A stretch of DNA of 64,000 nucleotides from Bacteroidales bacterium (GCA_040903745.1 JBBDUV010000047.1:72977-136976); one strand, 5' to 3'; counted from the stretch's first letter, positions 30,274 to 39,592 are shown. Program-made: numbers and translations. The notes: generated by a model from the letters alone, not told the origin.

Positions 30274-31005
30274 ATGACACTATATCCGATGAATGGAGCA
30301 AAAAACATTTGGAAATCTCGAAATCTTTTTTGGAGACGGGTTCTGCGTTCAATAGCTGCGGGACTGGTACTGTTTATTTTTCATGTTCCGCAAGGGTGTT
30401 TGAAGGATTTTCCAGAGACTGTTGTAGAGACTGTTGCGGAGATTTTTGCAGAAACTTTCCTGGATAGTTTCCCAACGGAGTATGTTTGGAAACCCCTCTT
30501 TGCATTTCCGATCGGTGAAAATGAATTCGGATTGAAGATACCCAGTGGATTTGATTTGCAATTGCTGGAAATCGATACTTTGACCGGTTATTCCCGATAT
30601 GTTTCCATGGAGACAATCCCTCTCGAAGGATCCATTGGTTTTGATTTTGAGCAGGTATTGGGAAAGCGTGATGAGATCAATTTTGCTGTTTTACGGCTGA
30701 ACGCATACAATGGGTTTCCGATTGAGGTGGAGATACAGGCTTATATTGAGGATGGCTCCGGGGAGGTACTCGACTCCCTGTTTTATCCGAAGATGATCAT
30801 CGATCGAGGGGATTCAGGTGGAGGCACAATAAAGCAGATGGCCCACACCCGTGAGGAGGTGTTTTTTGACCAGGAGCGACTCGACCTGTTGATTCAGGCA
30901 AAAAAAATCACCTTCAGGGGAGAACTCAGTAATGTTAGATTTTTTCCTCAATACACCTTCCGCGTTCAGATAGGGGCAGTTTTGGGGGTCATAAAAGATT
31001 TTTAA
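30274..31005 (+). CDS. Hypothetical protein (243 aa), N-terminal TM or signal
   Basis: The ORF has a hydrophobic segment (IAAGLVLFIF). I recognise no family. It lies directly upstream of the outer-membrane protein gene. Confidence 0.4.
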   Translation: MTLYPMNGAKNIWKSRNLFWRRVLRSIAAGLVLFIFHVPQGCLKDFPETVVETVAEIFAETFLDSFPTEYVWKPLFAFPIGENEFGLKIPSGFDLQLLEIDTLTGYSRYVSMETIPLEGSIGFDFEQVLGKRDEINFAVLRLNAYNGFPIEVEIQAYIEDGSGEVLDSLFYPKMIIDRGDSGGGTIKQMAHTREEVFFDQERLDLLIQAKKITFRGELSNVRFFPQYTFRVQIGAVLGVIKDF

Positions 31006-31045
31006 TCAGATTCACTCCCGTGGATCCTAAAGAAGCTAATGCGCC

Positions 31046-32617
31046 GTGTCGTTAGTCAAACCGAAAAATAGTAAAATCATTCCCCGATGGCTAAGGTTTT
31101 CCCGAAGCTTAGCAGCTCTTCGGCGCTGTGTGCGACTGCTTTCCCCTCTTCAGCCCGCGACCAAATTGCGTTCACCCTTTATAAACCGGAAATATGTTTT
31201 GCGGAACAGCGTGTGGCTGCTTTCCATGCTCCTGCTACTATCTCCCCTGGGATCGGCCCAGGCCCAGCAGAGCAATACGTTGTTCCTGATGCATTCAGTT
31301 CCGCAGTCGAGCCAGCTAAACCCTGCAGTGCAGCCCGAATGCCGAATATTTATCGGTCTGCCGGTACTCAATACTGTGTATTTCAATTATTCCAACTCCT
31401 CATTTACCTATAATGAGCTTACGGCAGGCAATGCACTTGCGCTCGATGCAGTGTTCAACAGGCTGTACCGGATGAACATGGTCTCGGTGGAGGCTGCAGC
31501 GTCCTTGTTCTCGGCCGGTTACAGGAAAGACCAAAACTATTTTAACTTTTCTGTTGCCGACCGGATGGACGTGCGCCTGACGTTTCCGCGTGATCTTGCC
31601 GGAGTGCTGCTGTACGGGAATAGAAATTACATTGGCAATGTTCTTAACATCAGCAATACAAGGGGTTTTGCTTCCTACTACCGGGAGTATAGTGCCAGCT
31701 GGTCGCGTAAATGGAGCCAATTTGCAACTGCAGGACTGCGTGCAAAATTGCTCTTTGGGAAGGTTAATTTTCATACCGGCAGATCGCGGGTTACGCTCAA
31801 TACCGATATGGAAACCTTCGACTTGTCGATGCAGGGTGAGGTTGTTCTGAACAGCTCTTTTCCTATGGTGCTGGAATTAAACGATGCCGGGCTGATCGCT
31901 GGTGCAGTGGTTGAGGAACCCGATTACCGGGCGATGCTGATGAATCCGCGGAACGTCGGTCTGGCGTTTGATGTCGGGGTGGTTTATCAATACAGTGATC
32001 ATCTTTCCTTTAGCGCGAGTCTGCTTGATGCCGGATTGATCCTCTGGAGGGATTCTGTATATAACCTTTCGGGGGAGGTTGATTTTTCATATTCGGGTGT
32101 GAGCGATGAGGCCGACTTTTCCCTGGCAGGATATTATCGTGATATTTCCGATTCGATTGTCGAACGAGTCTTCTATAATATTACAGAACAACCCTATGTA
32201 TCTCTGTTGCCGGTGCAGTTGATCCTCGGCGGTAGTTACAGGTGGCGGAAGAATGTCGATCTTGGGCTTGTCTTGCGAAACGTGCCGGCAAACAGAGGGA
32301 GCGTCAGCTCGTTAACGGCATCAGCCAATATGCGAATAGCGGAGATGTTCCGGGCCTCTGTCAGCTGGTCGCTGCTAAACAACTCCTTTATGAACCTCGG
32401 AGCCGGATTGGCCTATACCGGACTGGGAGTGCAGTTCTACGCTGTAACGGATAATATCGCCGGACTTGTTTTTCCGTTGAATACACGAACGGTGAATCTG
32501 CGCTTTGGCATGAATCTGATGCTGGGTTGTCCACAAAATTATTATCGTACCCGGCAACCAAAACGCTCCATGGTGCCTTGCCCGCGAGGGTTAACATTAA
32601 CCGGAAGAAGAAGGTGA
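31046..32617 (+). CDS. Outer-membrane beta-barrel protein (DUF5723 / PorP-SprF-like); start uncertain
   Basis: The signal peptide LLSMLLLLSPLGSAQAQQ is followed by SNTLFLMHSVPQSSQLNPA, which is PorP/SprF-like. The true start probably lies near 31200; the first ~50 codons look non-coding. Confidence 0.5.
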   Translation: MSLVKPKNSKIIPRWLRFSRSLAALRRCVRLLSPLQPATKLRSPFINRKYVLRNSVWLLSMLLLLSPLGSAQAQQSNTLFLMHSVPQSSQLNPAVQPECRIFIGLPVLNTVYFNYSNSSFTYNELTAGNALALDAVFNRLYRMNMVSVEAAASLFSAGYRKDQNYFNFSVADRMDVRLTFPRDLAGVLLYGNRNYIGNVLNISNTRGFASYYREYSASWSRKWSQFATAGLRAKLLFGKVNFHTGRSRVTLNTDMETFDLSMQGEVVLNSSFPMVLELNDAGLIAGAVVEEPDYRAMLMNPRNVGLAFDVGVVYQYSDHLSFSASLLDAGLILWRDSVYNLSGEVDFSYSGVSDEADFSLAGYYRDISDSIVERVFYNITEQPYVSLLPVQLILGGSYRWRKNVDLGLVLRNVPANRGSVSSLTASANMRIAEMFRASVSWSLLNNSFMNLGAGLAYTGLGVQFYAVTDNIAGLVFPLNTRTVNLRFGMNLMLGCPQNYYRTRQPKRSMVPCPRGLTLTGRRR

Positions 32618-32792
32618 TCCCAGCTACCTGATATGTCGCGCAGAATACTGTAAAGTAATTCTATCCTGGATTATTCAGGCTATAGAGAATATATTGGTGG
32701 AAGAATAATTTCCAGTTGAAAAACAGTTCCCTTGTATGCGGTGCTCTGAATAAAAAATGGTAATTTTCAATTCTAATTTAAAAACAATTGCA

Positions 32793-34886
32793 ATGAAACG
32801 TATTTTATTTGCTTCAGCTATTTTGGTGGCAATGCTCTTGCTGAACGCGTGCAACAGCGGTAGCGGGGAGCGTGAACAGCAGCCGGATTTTTCAGGAATG
32901 TTAACGGAGGATGAGATCGGAGGTGGGGTGATGACCCCGGAAATACTCTGGAAATTTGGCAGGGTCGGTGAGCAAAAGCTATCCCCCGATGGAAAAGTGG
33001 TCGTGTATACCGTGACACGGTATGATGCGGAGACGCATGAGCGGGTTACCGATATCTATACAGTGACCGCGGCCGGGACCGACCTGATGAAACTGACCGG
33101 TAGCGATGGATCGCATTTTAATCCGCGCTGGAAGCCCGGGTCGAACCTGATCGGGTATTTGTCAGCCGCGTCGGGTGATGTGCAGCTCTGGGAGATGGAT
33201 ATCAACGGCGCTGGGAAACGGCAGGTGTCGGAAGTGGAAGGGGGGATCGGCGGTTTTGAGTATTCGCCGGATGGCTCGAAGGTACTCTACCTGAAGGAGG
33301 TGAAGTATAGAAAGACGTCCGCTGAGAAGTACCCCGATCTGCCAAGGGCCAATATAAGAATCATCGACGAGCTGATGTACCGGCACTGGGACCACTGGGA
33401 GGATGAATATGTGTCGCATATTTTTGTGGCTGAGTTGGATGGAGGCGGACTGAAGGGGCATGTCGATATCATGGAGGGTGAGCCCTATGAGGCGCCGCTG
33501 TCGCCATCGTTCGACCAGGAGGAGATCACGTGGAACGCCGACGGAAGCAAGGTTGCCTATTCCTGTAAAAAAATGAGCCGCAATGAGTATGCGGTGAGCA
33601 CCGATGCCGATATCTATCTGTATGACCTGGCGACGGGGAGCACGAAGAACCTTACGGAGGGGAATTTGGGGTATGACAAGTATCCGGCATTTTCACCCGA
33701 TGGGAAGTATATGGCATGGCAGAGCATGGAGACGCCTGGTTTTGAGGCGGACAAGGAGCGGCTGATGCTGATGGAGCTGGCGACGGGCGAGGTGAACTAC
33801 CTGACTGAAGGCTTTAACCAGAATGCGGCGCATTTTATGTGGTCGGACGATAGCAGGAGGATCTGGTTCATCACGGGACATCATGCGACATACCAGATTG
33901 CTGTGATTGATATAGCGTCGCGTGAGATCGTGACGGTGACCGACGGGGTGCATAATTACACGTCATTCGACCTGGCTGGTGGTGTGATGACCGGGGCGAA
34001 GATGTCGATGCGGATGGCCACGGAGCTGTTCAGGGTTGACACGGAGACAGGGGAGGAGCTGCAGATTAGCTTTGTAAACAATCATATTTACGAACATATT
34101 GAGATGGCAGAGGTGCGGTCGCGCTGGGTGCCGACGACCGACGACAAAGAGATGCTGGTTTGGGAGATCCTTCCTCCGGGATTTGATGAAACGAAGGAGT
34201 ACCCTGCTGTGCTTTATTGTCAGGGCGGTCCGCAAAGCGCCGTGAGCCAGTTCTTCTCCTACCGCTGGAACTTCCAGATGATGGCTGCCGGCGGGTATGT
34301 GATCGTGGCACCGAACAGGCGGGGACTTCCGACTTTTGGTCAGGAGTGGAACGACCAGATCTCTGGTGATTACGGCGGACAGAACATGCGCGATTATCTG
34401 ACGGCGATCGATGTAATGGCAGAGGAGCCCTATGTTGACAGTGACCGGTTGGGTGCGATCGGTGCCAGCTATGGTGGTTACTCGGTCTTTTACCTGGCAG
34501 GTATTCATGAGGGACGGTTCAAGGCGTTTATTTCGCATTGCGGGATATTTAATACCGAAAGCATGTATACCGAGACCGAAGAGATGTTTTTTGTGCACCA
34601 CGATAACGGAGGTGCCTACTGGGATGTACCGAAGCCGCGGAATTATTTGTTTTCGCCGCACCTGAAGGTGGCGAATTGGGATACTCCTATATTGGTCATC
34701 ACGGGTGAGTATGATTTCCGGATCCCCTACACGCAGAGCATGCAGGCGTTCAATGCAGCGCAGTTGCTTGGCGTGCCGAGCCGGTTGCTGGTGTTTTCCG
34801 ATGAGACCCACTTCGTGCTGAAACCGCAGAACGCGATTTTGTGGCAGCGGGAATTCAGGGGCTGGCTGGATGAATATCTGAAATAA
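32793..34886 (+). CDS. S9 family serine peptidase (prolyl oligopeptidase/acylaminoacyl peptidase-like) lipoprotein
   Basis: The lipoprotein signal is MKRILFASAILVAMLLLNAC. An N-terminal beta-propeller part precedes the catalytic GASYGGY (GxSxGG), a distal D (TGEYDFR) and H (DETHF). Confidence 0.85.
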   Translation: MKRILFASAILVAMLLLNACNSGSGEREQQPDFSGMLTEDEIGGGVMTPEILWKFGRVGEQKLSPDGKVVVYTVTRYDAETHERVTDIYTVTAAGTDLMKLTGSDGSHFNPRWKPGSNLIGYLSAASGDVQLWEMDINGAGKRQVSEVEGGIGGFEYSPDGSKVLYLKEVKYRKTSAEKYPDLPRANIRIIDELMYRHWDHWEDEYVSHIFVAELDGGGLKGHVDIMEGEPYEAPLSPSFDQEEITWNADGSKVAYSCKKMSRNEYAVSTDADIYLYDLATGSTKNLTEGNLGYDKYPAFSPDGKYMAWQSMETPGFEADKERLMLMELATGEVNYLTEGFNQNAAHFMWSDDSRRIWFITGHHATYQIAVIDIASREIVTVTDGVHNYTSFDLAGGVMTGAKMSMRMATELFRVDTETGEELQISFVNNHIYEHIEMAEVRSRWVPTTDDKEMLVWEILPPGFDETKEYPAVLYCQGGPQSAVSQFFSYRWNFQMMAAGGYVIVAPNRRGLPTFGQEWNDQISGDYGGQNMRDYLTAIDVMAEEPYVDSDRLGAIGASYGGYSVFYLAGIHEGRFKAFISHCGIFNTESMYTETEEMFFVHHDNGGAYWDVPKPRNYLFSPHLKVANWDTPILVITGEYDFRIPYTQSMQAFNAAQLLGVPSRLLVFSDETHFVLKPQNAILWQREFRGWLDEYLK

Positions 34887-34888
34887 TT

Positions 34889-34956
34889 GGGGTTTCATGT
34901 CTGTAGAACATGCAGCCCACATGAAACCCCAAGCTCCGTTAGGCGACATGTCTGTA
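34889..34956. repeat. REP-like element, family A, forming a terminator-like hairpin
   Basis: A perfect 11-bp stem (GGGGTTTCATG / CATGAAACCCC) starts 3 nt after the peptidase stop. It is followed by AGCTCCGTTAGGCGACATGTCTGTA. The same composite unit occurs at 27905-27966. Confidence 0.8.
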
Positions 34957-34970
34957 ACGGGGAAAAATGA

Positions 34971-35111
34971 TCAGATAAAGTCTTTTTTGTCGAGCAAGTC
35001 CTGCAGGGTGGTTGATTCAAGGTGTTGGGTGACCTGCCTGTTGAGGGTGCCCCAGAACCCCCGGGCTTCGCATCCCACTCCGCCGCCACATGATTGAAAA
35101 AAATTCTCTAT
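34971..35111 (-). pseudogene. Rrf2-family regulator remnant (last ~46 codons only)
   Basis: The translation ...ENFFQSCGGGVGCEARGFWGTLNRQVTQHLESTTLQDLLDKKDFI aligns with the C-terminus of the intact Rrf2 protein at 41857-42270. Nothing upstream of that point resembles Rrf2. Confidence 0.6.
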
Positions 35112-35248
35112 CTTTATTCTAAATGGAGCAGTGATTGGCAACGCCTCATACACTGCCCCGTTGGCAACAAGTGTAAAAAGACAGACAACGCACAGATACG
35201 ATAACGATACAATTAATTAAAAATTTCAGCGCATTGAATAATTTTGCA

Positions 35249-35256
35249 TACTTTTG
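35249..35256 (+). promoter_or_regulatory. Candidate -7 promoter box (TACTTTTG) for the GntR gene
   Basis: Exact TAnnTTTG match 21 nt upstream of the ATG at 35277. Confidence 0.35.
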
Positions 35257-35264
35257 TATCGTAT

Positions 35265-35276
35265 ATCGTATACGAT
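35265..35276. promoter_or_regulatory. Perfect 12-bp palindrome ATCGTATACGAT (GntR-type operator candidate)
   Basis: The palindrome has a GT-N2-AC core. It lies between the -7 box and the start codon. Related CGATA half-sites lie at about 35188-35205. Confidence 0.35.
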
Positions 35277-35903
35277 ATGAAGTTTAAAAAAGAAAATTAC
35301 AGAGACCAAATTCGAGAAATCATTATTGATTTAATTTTAAAAGAGCAATTGGCATTTGGAGAAAAACTTTCATTGGCAGAGTATGCCAGAACTCTTGGCA
35401 CAAGTGTGACGCCTATCCGTGAAGCTTTTATACAATTAGAAATAGCCGGAGTCCTTGAATCAATACCCAATGTTGGATTTTGTGTGAAATCCATTTCCCA
35501 CACAGAAGCTGAAGAAATTTATACTTTAATTGGTATGATAGAAGAAAATGCTCTTTCTTCTAATTATTCAACTAAAACTATACGTAATTTAATGAAAATT
35601 GATGAAAAGATTAAAAATAGCAATTCGGTGCAAGAAAAACTATTTGCTGACAATGAGTTTCATAAATTACTTATTGATACAAAAAAGTATCACCATTCTG
35701 TTTCATTACTTAAGAATTTAAAGTCTTTGGTATTTTTATACGAACTTAAGTTCATGAAAAACAGAGATTCCAACATTAAAAGGGACGAAGATCATTACAA
35801 CATAGTAGAATTTATTCAAAAAGGGGAATCAATTACTGAACTAATAAAACTGCATTGGAAAAATAGTTATCAGTTTGTAATAAATCAAACTAAAATAAAA
35901 TGA
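35277..35903 (+). CDS. GntR family transcriptional regulator (FadR/FCD-like)
   Basis: The winged-helix motif reads GEKLSLAEYARTLGTSVTPIREAFIQLEIAGVLESIPNVGFCV. The C-terminal domain is helical. Confidence 0.75.
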   Translation: MKFKKENYRDQIREIIIDLILKEQLAFGEKLSLAEYARTLGTSVTPIREAFIQLEIAGVLESIPNVGFCVKSISHTEAEEIYTLIGMIEENALSSNYSTKTIRNLMKIDEKIKNSNSVQEKLFADNEFHKLLIDTKKYHHSVSLLKNLKSLVFLYELKFMKNRDSNIKRDEDHYNIVEFIQKGESITELIKLHWKNSYQFVINQTKIK

Positions 35904-35910
35904 GAAAATT

Positions 35911-38900
35911 ATGTTTATGAAAAAATCAGGCATAATATCCCGGTTGTCAGAACTTATTAATAGAATATCAAGTTCATTTATAGATCTGACAATAAACAAA
36001 AAACTGATTTATGGATTTGGTTTTGTTATTGTGTTAGGATTAATAACCTCAACTGTTCACTGGTTCATGCTCGATTTGCAATCAAAGAGTTATTCGTTAT
36101 CCAAAAATGCCGGAAAAATAACAGCTGACTTAAGGTTGCTAAGACAAGATGAAAAAAACTTCATGTTACGCGATGATCCAAAATATGCAAAACTGGTTAA
36201 ATCTGCATTGAATCAATTGCATAAAGTAGCCGAACAGCTTGATAATAAGGCATATAACGTGGGGGGGGGGGTATCTATTACAACCATTTTAGAAGACCTG
36301 AAAGCTTATGAAAAGAATTTTGACGATTACCTGACACTAAACAATAGAAAGCGGGCTGCCCTTGAGGAAATGATTAAACAAGGGCGGGATGTAGAGGAAT
36401 TATCTGACCAAATACGAGCCGACCAAAAGAAAGAATTACAGCAACTCGAAAAAGTTGCCATGTCGGCTGTTGATCAGATGCGCGACAAACGTGTGAAAGC
36501 CGATGATGCCAACCGCATGATAAAGTTGATGGACGAGGCCAGGCAGGAGGAGAAAAACTTTCTTTTACGCAAGAATGAAAATGATGCCAATTTGACCTTG
36601 ATGCTGGTCAATGATCTTATTGCACAGGCAAAAATAACCCACAATCGTTTTGATGATCCCCAGAACCAGGCCATGGCTAAAGCAATCATTTCTGCATCTG
36701 AAAAATATATAGCAGAATTCAAAGATGTCATTGAGTTGGAGGGTAACCAGCGGGAAGGCAGCATACTGATGAACCAAAAGATACAATTGGCCTTAGATGA
36801 AATGGTTAGACAAGGGCGGGATGTAGAGGAGTTATCCGATCAGATACGGGCGGATCAGAAAAAGGAATTGCTGCTACTTGAAGAAAGCTCAAGACCGGAT
36901 ATTACTGAGATGCGCGACAAACGTGTGAAAGCCGATGATGCCAACCGCATGATAAAGCTGATGGACGAGGCCAGGTCGCAGGAAAAAAACTTTCTTTTAC
37001 GCAATGATGAAGATGATGCCGATTTGACCTTGAAACTGGTCAGTGATCTTATTGAACAGGCTAAAACAACCCGCAATCGTTTTGGAGATCGTCAGAACCA
37101 AGCCATGGCTGATGCGATAATCACTGCAGCACAGCAATATAAAGACCAGTTTGTAAATGTCATTAAACTGGTAAAAGAACAGCAGCGGATCAGCATACAA
37201 ATGGACTCTAGAAAACAAGCTGCCCTTGAGGAAATGATTAAACAAGGGCGGGATGTAGAGGAATTATCTGACCAAATACGAGCCGACCAAAAGAAAGAAT
37301 TACAGCAACTCGAAAAAGTTGCCATGTCGGCTGTTGATCAGATGCGCGACAAACGTGTGAAAGCCGATGATGCCAACCGCATGATAAAGTTGATGGACGA
37401 GGCCAGGCAGGAGGAGAAAAACTTTCTTTTACGCAAGAATGAAAATGATGCCAATTTGACCTTGATGCTGGTCAATGATCTTATTGCACAGGCAAAAATA
37501 ACCCACAATCGTTTTGATGATCCCCAGAACCAGGCCATGGCTAAAGCAATCATTTCTGCATCTGAAAAATATATAGCAGAATTCAAAGATGTCATTGAGT
37601 TGGAGGGTAACCAGCGGGAAGGCAGCATACTGATGAACCAAAAGATACAATTGGCCTTAGATGAAATGGTTAGACAAGGGCGGGATGTAGAGGAGTTATC
37701 CGATCAGATACGGGCGGATCAGAAAAAGGAATTGCTGCTACTTGAAGAAAGCTCAAGACCGGATATTACTGAGATGCGCGACAAACGTGTGAAAGCCGAT
37801 GATGCCAACCGCATGATAAAGCTGATGGACGAGGCCAGGTCGCAGGAAAAAAACTTTCTTTTAAGACAAAATACCGAAGATGCTGAATTGACACTCGAGT
37901 TAGTCGACAGTCTTATTGCTCAAGCTTATATCACCAAAAAACGTTTTAACGACCTCCAGAACCAAACCATGGCTCAAACAATCGTTGCTGCATCTGAAAA
38001 ATATACAGAGGAATTCAGGAATGTGATTGAAATTGTTAACAAACAACATTCTGCTGCAGAATTAATGATTGCAAAAGCCCGCGAAGTAGAGAAAACAGCC
38101 CAAAAAGTAGAGAAAATACAGGACATGGCGATGAACACAAGTGTTATTACTGCTCGTTTGGTAAGTGCATTTGCCGAAATTTTTAAAATAATAATTTTAA
38201 TATTACTGGCTTGGGTTTTAATGCGTGTTATATCTGATCCTGTTCTTAAGTTAAGCAATATCATGAGCAACCTTTCTAAGGACGATACTAATGTAAACAT
38301 ACCTGAACAGGAGCGGGGCGATGAAATAGGTGTGATGGGCAAAGCAATTCAGATTTTAAAAGAACGGGTAATCGAACGCAACCGCTTCCAGAAAGAGATA
38401 ATTATGGCCAGGGATGAGGCTGAACGCACAAATCTGGAGCTTAAGACAGTCAATGAGGAACTGGAAGCTTTCGCGTACTCGGTCTCTCACGACCTTCGGG
38501 CCCCGCTGAGGGCAATCAACGGTTTCACGAGAATCATATTGAAAAAATATGAAGATACCATGGATGAAGAGGGAAAACGCCAGGCCAATGTAATCATGGA
38601 AAACGCCTTAAAAATGAGCCAGCTAATAGATGACCTCCTAGGCTTTTCACGCCTGGGTCGTAAATCCATGAATTTTTCTCGAATTGATATGAAAAAAATG
38701 GCAAATGACATTATTTCAGAATTGAAAAAAGAAAATAAAGGAAGAAACATATCTTTTACCGTGGCGGATTTGCCAACTATAAACGCTGATTCTCAGTTGT
38801 TGCATCAGGTATGGTTAAACCTTGTTTCAAATGCATTCAAATTTACTTCTCACCTCAAAAAAGCAGAGATATCAATTGGTTATCAGGAAAATAAAAAGAA

Positions 38901-39120
38901 ACCTACCTTTTTTATCAAGGATAATGGTGCAGGTTTTGATATGCAATATGCCGACAAATTATTCGGTGTGTTTCAACGGCTTCACAGCGATAAAGAGTTT
39001 CAAGGTACAGGTGTGGGTTTGGCTTTGGTGCAGCGCATTGTTCACCGTCATGGAGGCAAAGTCTGGGCAGAAGGAGAAGTAGGCAAGGGTGCAACTTTTT
39101 ATTTTTCGATGCCAAAATAA
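35911..39120 (+). CDS. Sensor histidine kinase with a ~690-aa periplasmic region made of five helical repeats (TM - 5 modules - TM - HAMP - HisKA - HATPase)
   Basis: TM1 is LIYGFGFVIVLGLITSTVHWFML. Five E-K-N-F-(L/M)-L-R motifs occur at a 144-aa period. TM2 lies near aa 748-774. A HAMP-like linker follows. The H-box is SVSHDLRAPLRAINGF, and the other motifs are NAFKFT, DNGAGFD and GTGVGLAL. Confidence 0.85.
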   Translation: MFMKKSGIISRLSELINRISSSFIDLTINKKLIYGFGFVIVLGLITSTVHWFMLDLQSKSYSLSKNAGKITADLRLLRQDEKNFMLRDDPKYAKLVKSALNQLHKVAEQLDNKAYNVGGGVSITTILEDLKAYEKNFDDYLTLNNRKRAALEEMIKQGRDVEELSDQIRADQKKELQQLEKVAMSAVDQMRDKRVKADDANRMIKLMDEARQEEKNFLLRKNENDANLTLMLVNDLIAQAKITHNRFDDPQNQAMAKAIISASEKYIAEFKDVIELEGNQREGSILMNQKIQLALDEMVRQGRDVEELSDQIRADQKKELLLLEESSRPDITEMRDKRVKADDANRMIKLMDEARSQEKNFLLRNDEDDADLTLKLVSDLIEQAKTTRNRFGDRQNQAMADAIITAAQQYKDQFVNVIKLVKEQQRISIQMDSRKQAALEEMIKQGRDVEELSDQIRADQKKELQQLEKVAMSAVDQMRDKRVKADDANRMIKLMDEARQEEKNFLLRKNENDANLTLMLVNDLIAQAKITHNRFDDPQNQAMAKAIISASEKYIAEFKDVIELEGNQREGSILMNQKIQLALDEMVRQGRDVEELSDQIRADQKKELLLLEESSRPDITEMRDKRVKADDANRMIKLMDEARSQEKNFLLRQNTEDAELTLELVDSLIAQAYITKKRFNDLQNQTMAQTIVAASEKYTEEFRNVIEIVNKQHSAAELMIAKAREVEKTAQKVEKIQDMAMNTSVITARLVSAFAEIFKIIILILLAWVLMRVISDPVLKLSNIMSNLSKDDTNVNIPEQERGDEIGVMGKAIQILKERVIERNRFQKEIIMARDEAERTNLELKTVNEELEAFAYSVSHDLRAPLRAINGFTRIILKKYEDTMDEEGKRQANVIMENALKMSQLIDDLLGFSRLGRKSMNFSRIDMKKMANDIISELKKENKGRNISFTVADLPTINADSQLLHQVWLNLVSNAFKFTSHLKKAEISIGYQENKKKPTFFIKDNGAGFDMQYADKLFGVFQRLHSDKEFQGTGVGLALVQRIVHRHGGKVWAEGEVGKGATFYFSMPK
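36261..36271 (+). repeat. G11 homopolymer inside the sensor kinase CDS (codons ~118-122, VGGGV)
   Basis: Read directly as aacgt-G11-tatc. The tract is in frame as given. Confidence 0.95.
36355..36999 (+). repeat. 645-bp direct repeat, copy 1 (within the kinase CDS)
   Basis: Base-for-base identical by eye to 37219-37863. The offset is 864 bp, or 288 codons. Confidence 0.9.
37219..37863 (+). repeat. 645-bp direct repeat, copy 2 (within the kinase CDS)
   Basis: Identical to 36355-36999. Antisense ORFs in the supplied track also repeat exactly at +864. Confidence 0.9.
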
Positions 39121-39154
39121 TAAATATGAATATAAAACTTTAAAGAAAAATTAA

Positions 39155-39592
39155 ATGAGCTACAATCTCCTTATAATTGAAGATAACCCAAATGATGCTG
39201 AATTAATAACCATTGCATTAGGGGAAGCAAAACTGGGCAAAAAAGCGTTTATATGCGAAAATGGTGCAGAGGCGCTGGATTTTATTTTTAGCAAAGGAAA
39301 ATATGCCGGGGCAATTAATCAAATTAACCTGAAGGCCATTTTTCTTGACCTTAAAATGCCGAAGGTTAATGGTCTGGAAGTATTAAAGCAGGTTAAATCA
39401 AACAAAACCACAAAGAGAATACCAGTTATCGTTGTCACATCTTCGAGTCAGTATTCAGACATCTCTACGGCTTACGACCTTGGTGTTAACAGTTATATCG
39501 TGAAGCCTGTTGATTTTGATGAATTTCAACGGAAAATTACTGTAGTAGCATCATATTGGTTGAATGAAAATATTGAACCGATGAATCAATAA
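39155..39592 (+). CDS. Stand-alone response regulator receiver protein (CheY/Rcp1-like)
   Basis: Motifs IIEDNPNDAEL, the phospho-acceptor context IFLDLKMPKVNG, VVTSS and SYIVKP are present. There is no output domain. Confidence 0.85.
   Translation: MSYNLLIIEDNPNDAELITIALGEAKLGKKAFICENGAEALDFIFSKGKYAGAINQINLKAIFLDLKMPKVNGLEVLKQVKSNKTTKRIPVIVVTSSSQYSDISTAYDLGVNSYIVKPVDFDEFQRKITVVASYWLNENIEPMNQ

Noticed and set aside
33963-34949. 328-aa minus-strand ORF inside the S9 peptidase region
   Set aside because: The plus strand encodes a complete peptidase with a lipoprotein signal and the GxSxGG/D/H catalytic motifs. The antisense ORF is Arg/His/Pro-rich, as expected for an open antisense frame in a GC-rich gene.
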